Of a DNA stretch of 64,000 bases, positions 56,655 through 64,000 are shown piece after piece (position 1 is the first letter of the stretch; each line of letters starts with the position of its first letter). The notes under the pieces were generated by a model. The model had not been told where the DNA came from. It worked only from the letters and a program-made list of their open reading frames with translations, and did not search any database. Made by a program: the position numbers and the translations under genes. Origin of the DNA: Lama guanicoe (taxonomy: Eukaryota); the NCBI GenBank assembly GCA_013239625.1, contig MU054338.1, forward strand, positions 6,178,724 through 6,242,723, read 5' to 3'.

Positions 56655-56785
56655 GAGTGGGGATGTAGCACAGTGGTAGAGCGAATGCTTAGCATGCACA
56701 AGGTCCTGAGTTGAATCCCCAGTACCTACATTAAAATAAATAAATAAATCTAAGTACCTCCCCCTAAAAATAAACAAACAAACCC
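56655..56785 (+). mobile_element. tRNA-derived SINE (camelid-type)
   Basis: tagcacagtggtagagcgaatgcttagcatgcacaaggtcctgagttgaatccccagtacct plus (aaat)n tail. Confidence 0.85.
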
Positions 56786-57185
56786 AAACATCCATCTTTG
56801 GATGAACGAATAAACAAAATGTGGTCCATCCATACAGCCATTCCTTTACATGGTTGAGTGGAATCTTATTCAGCCACGTAAAGGAATGAAGCCCTGACAC
56901 ACTTCGACATAGATCAACCTTGAAAACATGATGCTCAGTAAAAGAAGTCAGACCCAAAAAGTCATATGTTGTACGATTCCATGTATATGAAATATCCAGA
57001 ATTGGTAAATCCATAGAGACAGCAGATTGATGGTTGACAGAGGCTGGATGGAAGGCGGTACTGGGTGATATTATTTTGGGGTGATAAAAATGTTCTGGAA
57101 CTAGACAGATGTGGTGGTCTAAACACCGTTGTGTCGTATACCTTAAAATGGCTAAGTTGATGTGAATTTCACCTCAATAAAAACA
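56786..57185 (+). mobile_element. L1MB-like 3' end
   Basis: aaaatgtggtccatccatac; gaatttcacctcaataaaaa. Confidence 0.8.
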
Positions 57186-57907
57186 CCAGCAAACAAACAA
57201 GCCAACGGACATGCAATTTTACCCTGGCTGTGTTTCCCTTCGTCAAAGTGAGTTGCGTAAGAGAAAAAGGGGTTGGGGGAGGGAATGTCTAAGGCATCTC
57301 TGACAGTGGATCCAAGAATTTCTGGGTGCATCCTCATATGTGTACAGGCCCTGTGGGAGCTTCTACTTCCCCTGACTCTAGTCTAGCTCCTGGCTGCGTG
57401 CCCCTCAGGTCTCACCTGCCCCAGAGGCGGCCGTCGTCATGGGTGTCACTCGTTTGTACTAATGACTGGCCATTTGTATCAGCCATTCCGTTCAGGTCTG
57501 CAGCAGCATTGAAGCCGCCCTCCGGAAAACCTCAGAAGGGCACATCCGGGGCTTCTCACACAAATGGTGGTGAGTTCTCCAGAAACTCCAGCTGGTGGGT
57601 TATATGCAGCAATGACAGCATCCATGGGATGCCTATGTCTCATCAGCTCCAAGTAAGATTGCAAGAACTGAAGCACCAGGCTCCATTTTTTCGGCCCCTG
57701 ATAATATGATTGAGTCAAGTGTTGATCAAAAATGATAAAACCATTGGATGGAAAGCCGACAGGAAACCTAACAGGGAAGGGCCCAGTCTTGGGCAGTGGG
57801 ACAACCAGACATAGTGTGCCTCTCTGTGTGCCGCGGTGGTAAGTCCGAGCACCCACTGGGCAGGAACCTGCTGGAACAGTTAAAGGTGATTTTAATCAAC
57901 CTCTTGA

Positions 57908-58065
57908 GTAGTGGTTCTCAGACTTGGTTGGTTATTGGCATCACCTAGGAAGATTAAAAACCTATGGTTGCCCGGGACCCAGCCCAGGAATTGACTTAAT
58001 GGTCTGGAGAGTTAATATTCCCCAGGGGGAGCCAGTGTTGAGTTGATTCTGAGTTAAGAGCTGAT
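57908..58065. mobile_element. MER5-like fragment
   Basis: agtggttctcagactt...atcacctaggaag. Confidence 0.55.
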
Positions 58066-59284
58066 CACAAGAACTGCGGGGGATAAGGAACAAACTGGAT
58101 GACACAGCAAGCTGGCAAATCCAGGAGGGGGGGCACACTTCGAGACGACTGAAGCCATTTTTCAAACAGGTCAAAGGTATGTGTGTGTGGGAACTTCTCT
58201 AGATTTAAAAGGGAATTAAAAGACATAGTCACCAAATACAATGTGTGGATCTGGTTTGGAGCTGGGCTCAAACAAATGAAAGTGTCCAAAGACATTTTGA
58301 GACCATCAGGGAGATGTGATCATGGACTGGCATCAGTTTAAGATGAGCTAATGCCGTCAGGGCAGAGCAAGTCTGGAAATGCCCACCGTGCACATCAGGT
58401 GATGTGACTGGAAGGACAGCTGCAGGGCCAGGACTAGGGTGAGGGGCCCAGGGCACAGGACTTAAGGAGGTGCTTCCTCTCAGCGACAGACTCTGCACTT
58501 GCTCAACCCCAAGTCTGCGTGCCTCCTTAAATCCTGTGCCCTAGTCCAGGTCCTAGTACCTTGGGGACCTCCACACAACTTCCAGAAAACTAGGGAATTC
58601 ACAAGCTTCCAGGGTCAACCGGGCAATCCTGCCCCTCCCTGCTGGAAGGAACGGTCTCCGCTCACAAGGTAGATGCAAGTTCCAGGGATGGAGGTGGCCT
58701 CGGCGTGCAGCCCTGGCGTCGGCCACCATCTACTTGTCATCTCTAAAGAGCAGTAAACAGAGAGGTGTGCTGACTGCACTGCCTCCACTTCACCGAACAA
58801 AAGCTGGGTTCTGCGATTCCCATCCGGGCAGAGCCGGGAGGAGCCCGGAAGAGCGAGCCGGCTTCTCTGAGCCAAGCCTCTGCCGCCCTCTGCTGGCCGC
58901 TCTCAGTACAGCAGCCGGCACTGAGGACAGACCTGGAGGCCAACTCCCAGACTGGCTTAGAAATGATTAAAGCTCATTCATGATAAATTTTAAGGAAAAG
59001 AGAAAACTGGAAAATGTTCATGTTAGTCAGGTGTCTTTTGGCTCCAGGCTCTGTCGGGCCTCCCTTTACTGAGCACTGGCCTGGGACAGCCTGCTGGGCG
59101 GCAGGTGAGACTGAGGAGCCCGGGTCCCTTCACTGCCCAGGTGGAACAGGGCATGCATGTAGCTCTGGCATCTTCCCTGCTCAGCCACACCGTGCAGTTC
59201 AAGTGCCTGCTGGGTACCAAGTGCTTTCTGGTGGCTTCTGATTTTTCTAACAACCCTGAGCAGATTCCACTCCTGTTTACAGAT

Positions 59285-59500
59285 AAGAAACTTGGTAACC
59301 ACAAGTTTGTTTTCTATGTCTGTGAGTCTGCTTCTGTTTTGTAAGTTCATTTGTATCCTTTTTTAAGATTCCACATATAAGTGGTATCATATATTTATCC
59401 TTGTCTGATTTACTTCACTTAGTATGATAATCTCTAGGTCCAAACATGTTGCTGCAAATGGTATTATTTCATTCTTTTTTAAGGCTGAATAATATTCCCT
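59285..59500 (-). mobile_element. L1 3' UTR fragment
   Basis: ggtaaccacaagtttgttttctatgtctgtgagtctg; EYYSALKKNEIIPFAAT peptide. Confidence 0.85.
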
Positions 59501-59501
59501 T

Positions 59502-59555
59502 GTGTGTGTGTGTGTGTGCGTGTGTGCTTGCGTGCACGCACACACACACACACAC
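59502..59555. repeat. Adjacent (TG)n and (CA)n microsatellites
   Basis: Seen directly. Confidence 0.9.
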
Positions 59556-60168
59556 CCACCCCCCAGCTGCAAGTCAGAAGTGGTACTTAATAACTGACTC
59601 AATGACAATGTGCAGTTCACTTTTAATACTTCTGATCACGGTGAGGAACAAGTCTCATTGTGATGCCAGTGCCTCATAAACCTTTCCCTGCAGTTGGTTA
59701 ATCTCTCTTGAACAGAGATTTAGGTCCAGAGCCTTCAGCAGGTAACAGTATAGGACCATAATTTACTATCAGTTTGTTTTCATTGCATTATATATGTATG
59801 TATGTATGTATGTATATATGTATGTCTTATTTGTGGCCAGTGATAGCAGTATTTAATTTCTGCCAGGATGTTGTTAGGGTCAAAGACAGTACTTTGATAG
59901 ATGAGTTTCAGGATTAAGTCACAGCGTTGGGAATTACAGTTTGAATCATGATTCTGCTGCAGCTTTGGAAAAATAATGTATTTTCCCTTTTTCCTTTGTA
60001 AAATGGAGATACTAACATAAAATGTTCCCCTGCCCCCAAAATAAGGATATAAAAATTACCATGTGTCTAACTCACCCCACAGTATGAATGGAAGGTCCAA
60101 GTACCAAAACTTCAGAGCGAAACAGATAACCATAACGTCACAACAAAGATGGTTGTTTCAACTCCTGG

Positions 60169-60174
60169 TTTATT
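60169..60174 (-). terminator. Candidate TIMM29 polyadenylation signal AATAAA
   Basis: First canonical AATAAA noticed on the minus strand downstream of the stop (~810 nt); usage not verified. Confidence 0.4.
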
Positions 60175-60983
60175 AGCTAGCCACAGGCCACCTAGGTGAC
60201 AGAGGTAGCCTCATTCCTCTAATACTTTAGTTTTAAAAATATGACTTCTATAACCCAGCTATGTACACCAACATATTCCTTTCCATGGGATTGTGTATTT
60301 TCAGGGTTACTGAAGTATAACATCACCAGAAGCTAAGATTTCATACTGATTTCTAGGTCAGAAAATGCTTTATCCCTCCAAGTCACTTTAACATCACTAT
60401 CAATACACATATGGTAAAAAGCAGGTTGTTTTTGCAAAAAACTTTCCTGTAAAATCCAGTCATACAATTGTCAATCTCCTGGTTTGTATTGCTTATATAG
60501 ACCATTACCATTTGGGGGAAGCTGGGTGAAGGCTACCAGCATGCCTCTATTATTCTTCCAGTTTCTGCAACTACAATTATTCCAACATTTTAAAAGATGT
60601 TACTCGTGGAAATAGAGGATCAACATTTCAAGTTCTTAGGAGAGCTTGGAAATCACCCAGTAACTGTGATACCTCAGTTGGAAACCGTGAAGCCCAGAGA
60701 GGAAGGCTTATTTACGCAGAAGGCTCATTACCAGCTCTGGCAGTGATAAACATTACAGGGCATAACGCTCTGCTTTCCCCAACTCCTAGACCAAGGAGGC
60801 GCTGCATTAGCGGTTGGCTTACAAGGAATAGATGAGAGGGAGGCCCCCAACTCTGTGAAAACCCAGGGAGAGAACTCCACACATAATTTATGTCAATCAC
60901 TCTGCATCTGAGGCTCGCTCACACCAATTGCACAATCCCAGGCGAACATTCTGTCGGGTCTCAGAGCCGTTCCCCACCAGGTT

Positions 60984-61672
60984 TCATCTCGCGACCTCTG
61001 ATTTCAGCATCGAGTCGGCCTGGCTCAGGGCGAGCTGGTCCTTCTTCTCCTTCTGTAACATCTGCTCCTCCCACAGCGCCTGGTCCACCTGATCGTCGGT
61101 GAGCACCACAGGCTTGTATTTCTCGTCGAAGAGCCGCTCATTGGCCTCCGAGTGCAGCTGATGCGGCCCGACGACGCGCAGATGTACCGGCAGGTAGAGG
61201 AACTCGTCGTCGTTGATGTCGCAGTCGCGCATCCGGGCCCCCAGAACCCACCAGCGGCCCACGAAGCCCACGTCCAGGATCCGACCCGGGAAGTCGGTCC
61301 AGCGGGGCTGCAGGTAGCGGCAGCGGGCCTGGTAGAGGCTGGTTTGGGTGTCGAAGGGCGCCTCGTACACAAGCGAGAAGAGGCCCAGGCTTACGTGGCG
61401 CAGGCAGCCTCGACCCCGCAGCCACAGCAGCCGCTGCACGTGCGCTTCCGAGTCGCGGTTGCGTGTGGCGGGAGCCAGCAGCAGAAGGGTCCCCGACGCG
61501 TCGAGCAGCGCCTCCTCGAAGGCCGCCTCGCTCGGCGCCAAGGCGCAGCAGGCCGCCGCGCCACCCAGCAGCCCCACGTAGACCGCCGCCCGCCCAGGCC
61601 GGGCCCGTGCCGCTGCCGCCGCGTCCCCGCAGGCCTCGGCGTAGTCCCGGAGCAGCGCCCGGGACCAGGCAC
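60984..61672 (-). CDS. TIMM29: TIMM29 (C19orf52) coding exon 2, TIM22 complex subunit Tim29
   Basis: cccctcag acceptor; [14 protein letters not shown]...DCDINDDEF...[14 protein letters not shown]; 689 nt; with exon 1 gives 783 nt = 260 aa + stop. Confidence 0.96.
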
Positions 61673-61747
61673 CTGAGGGGAGAGAAGCGCGATGGGAGCA
61701 GCATAAGGCTTCGGCCACCCACCCCGTCGCTTCCCGCCGCTACTCAC

Positions 61748-61841
61748 CTAACCGCGCCCACACGCCAGGCTTTGCCGCCGCAGCATCAACCGCCTCTTCC
61801 CGGCTTCGGGACCAAAATCTCTTCAGAGCGGCCGCAGCCAT
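61748..61841 (-). CDS. TIMM29: TIMM29 coding exon 1 (MAAAALKRFWSRSREEAVDAAAAKPGVWARL), presequence-like N-terminus
   Basis: ATG at 61841; gtgagt donor; 94 nt, phase 1 matches exon 2. Confidence 0.95.
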
Positions 61842-62228
61842 CCTCTTCCGGCTTGGTGTCCTCTCTCCGAAGAGAAACGCCAGGTGTGCGAAATAAAAGG
61901 CCCGGGGAGTCCCTTCTGGGCAAACGCCAACATTGCCGGAAGTGGTTTCCCATCGGAACGGGATAGAAGACGGACCCACGCCGGATGTTGCTGTCTGGTC
62001 CGAGGGGGTTGTATGTAACGGGTAGGCGGGTCGCGCAGGCGCAGAGAGGCCGCGCCACGCCGGTTGAAGTAGCCTCAGGTGAAGGGGGCGGGGGTACACC
62101 TGTGGGGCAAGAACGGCGAGTTCACGCCGTGCTGGGTGTGGATCCGCCTCGGGGCTGAGAGCTAGCCTCCAGGAGGGCCGCCTAGTGGGGTTGCGGGTGG
62201 GCCTGATTGGCCTCTGTCCTCGGAGCAG
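61842..62228. promoter_or_regulatory. Bidirectional CpG-island promoter and 5' UTR region shared by TIMM29 and YIPF2
   Basis: Divergent ATGs 413 bp apart; ETS/GABP CCGGAAGT 61936-61943, CCGGATGT 61981-61988; NRF1-like GCGCAGGCGC 62033-62042. Confidence 0.85.
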
Positions 62229-62253
62229 GATGCAGTGACGCCCCTGAGCGACC

Positions 62254-62284
62254 ATGGCAGCGGCGGATGAGCTGGCCTTCCACG
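62254..62284 (+). CDS. YIPF2: YIPF2 first coding exon (MAAADELAFH)
   Basis: Kozak accATGg; gtgagt donor; resembles recalled human MASADELTFH. Confidence 0.92.
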
Positions 62285-62588
62285 GTGAGTGCAGCCGCGA
62301 CCTGGCCCGACTCCTCTTACCTACACTGGCCAGAACCTCCCATCCAGGTTCCAACTCAGATCTAACCCGAACCTCGGTCAGCTGTGAGCCCTGCCCCAGG
62401 CATGAAACGCACCCCTAACTCGAGTCCCGCACCAGCCCTTAACTCAGACCTCTAACCCGAGCCTGTACCTCGTCCCAGAACCAGCCCTCAATTGCGGTCC
62501 CGTATTAGGAATGAGGGAACACACCTCCTTACCACTCTCCAAAACTGAGGAAGCTGTGCCCTGTGACCACTGAAGTGGTCACGGTTAG

Positions 62589-63135
<547 letters not shown>

Positions 63136-63990
63136 TAGAGGTCACCGTGGCATACTGCAAGGATTATGACATGACTGAGACTCTTGGGAACACAGGGGAC
63201 CCACAAGACATGGTGGATTAGGGAAAGGCCTCCTGGAGGAGATGAGGAATTTGCTGAGACTTCACAGAGAAGGTAGACTGGGGCAGGCAGAGTGGAGCCT
63301 AAGTGTGTTCCAGGCCCAGGGAAGAGCACACACAGAGGACCAAAGGTGAGAGAAGAGGCACAAACTTCTGCAGAGGCTGTCACTCAGTCTGGAGAGTGAG
63401 GTGGGGCACAGACAGAGAGAAGCCAGATCACCAAGGGCTTCATGGGCTATGTTGAGGAGTCTGGGTTTTATCCTAAGGGTGCTGGGGAGTCATGGAAGGG
63501 TTTAGAGCAGGAGAGGATTGAGGAGCATTGAACGTGGATCAGAGGCCCCAGGCTAGGGTGAAAGATGAGGGGAGGGTAAACTAGGGCTGCAGAGTAGAGG
63601 TCGTGCTGGGAGATGTGGGAAGAATGAATGCCCAGGAACTGTTGACTGTCCTTATTGGGGTGGGGGAAGAGACGAAAAAGGGGACTCTAGGGCAACCAAG
63701 CTGAGAGGAGGGGGAAGCAAAGAAGGTGGCAGGCTCAGAAGTGTCCTTCAGAGTGGTGGGACACCGGGATACTGAGTGGGGGCTGGCCAGGGGAAGGGGC
63801 TCCAGGCCATGGGAATAGCCCATCAAAAACCCAGAGGGGAGAGAGGGAGGAGTCCTTCCTAGCAGAGGGGGAAGAGAGGAGGTGGAGGCCAGCAGGGAAG
63901 GAGCATCTAAGAAGCTAGACCCCTTTCCCTTGTGGGTGGTCAGGAGCCCCAAGCAGGCTTCCATCCTCGGCCCCGGCCTTCCCCCTCCAG

Positions 63991-64000
63991 GTCCTGGACC
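63991..64000 (+). CDS. YIPF2: YIPF2 next coding exon, start only (VLD..), truncated by the window edge
   Basis: Polypyrimidine tract plus ccag acceptor; VLD continues the expected DTSQ-VLDR. Confidence 0.85.

Noticed and set aside
61025..62354. Alternative-frame and antisense ORFs over TIMM29, including 204-aa and 244-aa versions
   Set aside because: Shadows of GC-rich coding sequence; the spliced 260-aa model explains the real peptides

Overview
Mammalian genomic DNA, probably a camelid (inferred from its tRNA-derived SINEs), syntenic to human 19p13.2. It holds three genes. (1) The 5' half of SMARCA4/BRG1 on the minus strand: a non-coding exon 1 in a CpG island at ~35.6-35.9 kb and coding exons 2-14 (2123 nt, in frame; every splice site inside the window is GT-AG). 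(2) The complete two-exon TIMM29/C19orf52 on the minus strand (260 aa). (3) The first coding exons of YIPF2 on the plus strand, head-to-head with TIMM29. The rest is mostly interspersed repeats (L1, L2, MIR, MaLR/ERV LTRs, hAT and Tigger DNA transposons, SINEs); family names come from recalled consensus and boundaries are approximate. I found no convincing novel biological system. The best oddities are an ERV1-type solo LTR with a CCAAT/octamer array nested inside a SINE 0.6 kb from the first SMARCA4 coding exon, a tailless tRNA-Gly(TCC) 5'-half retrocopy with a perfect 14-bp TSD, a rearranged L1, and an unexplained CpG-retaining island at ~41.1-41.5 kb.
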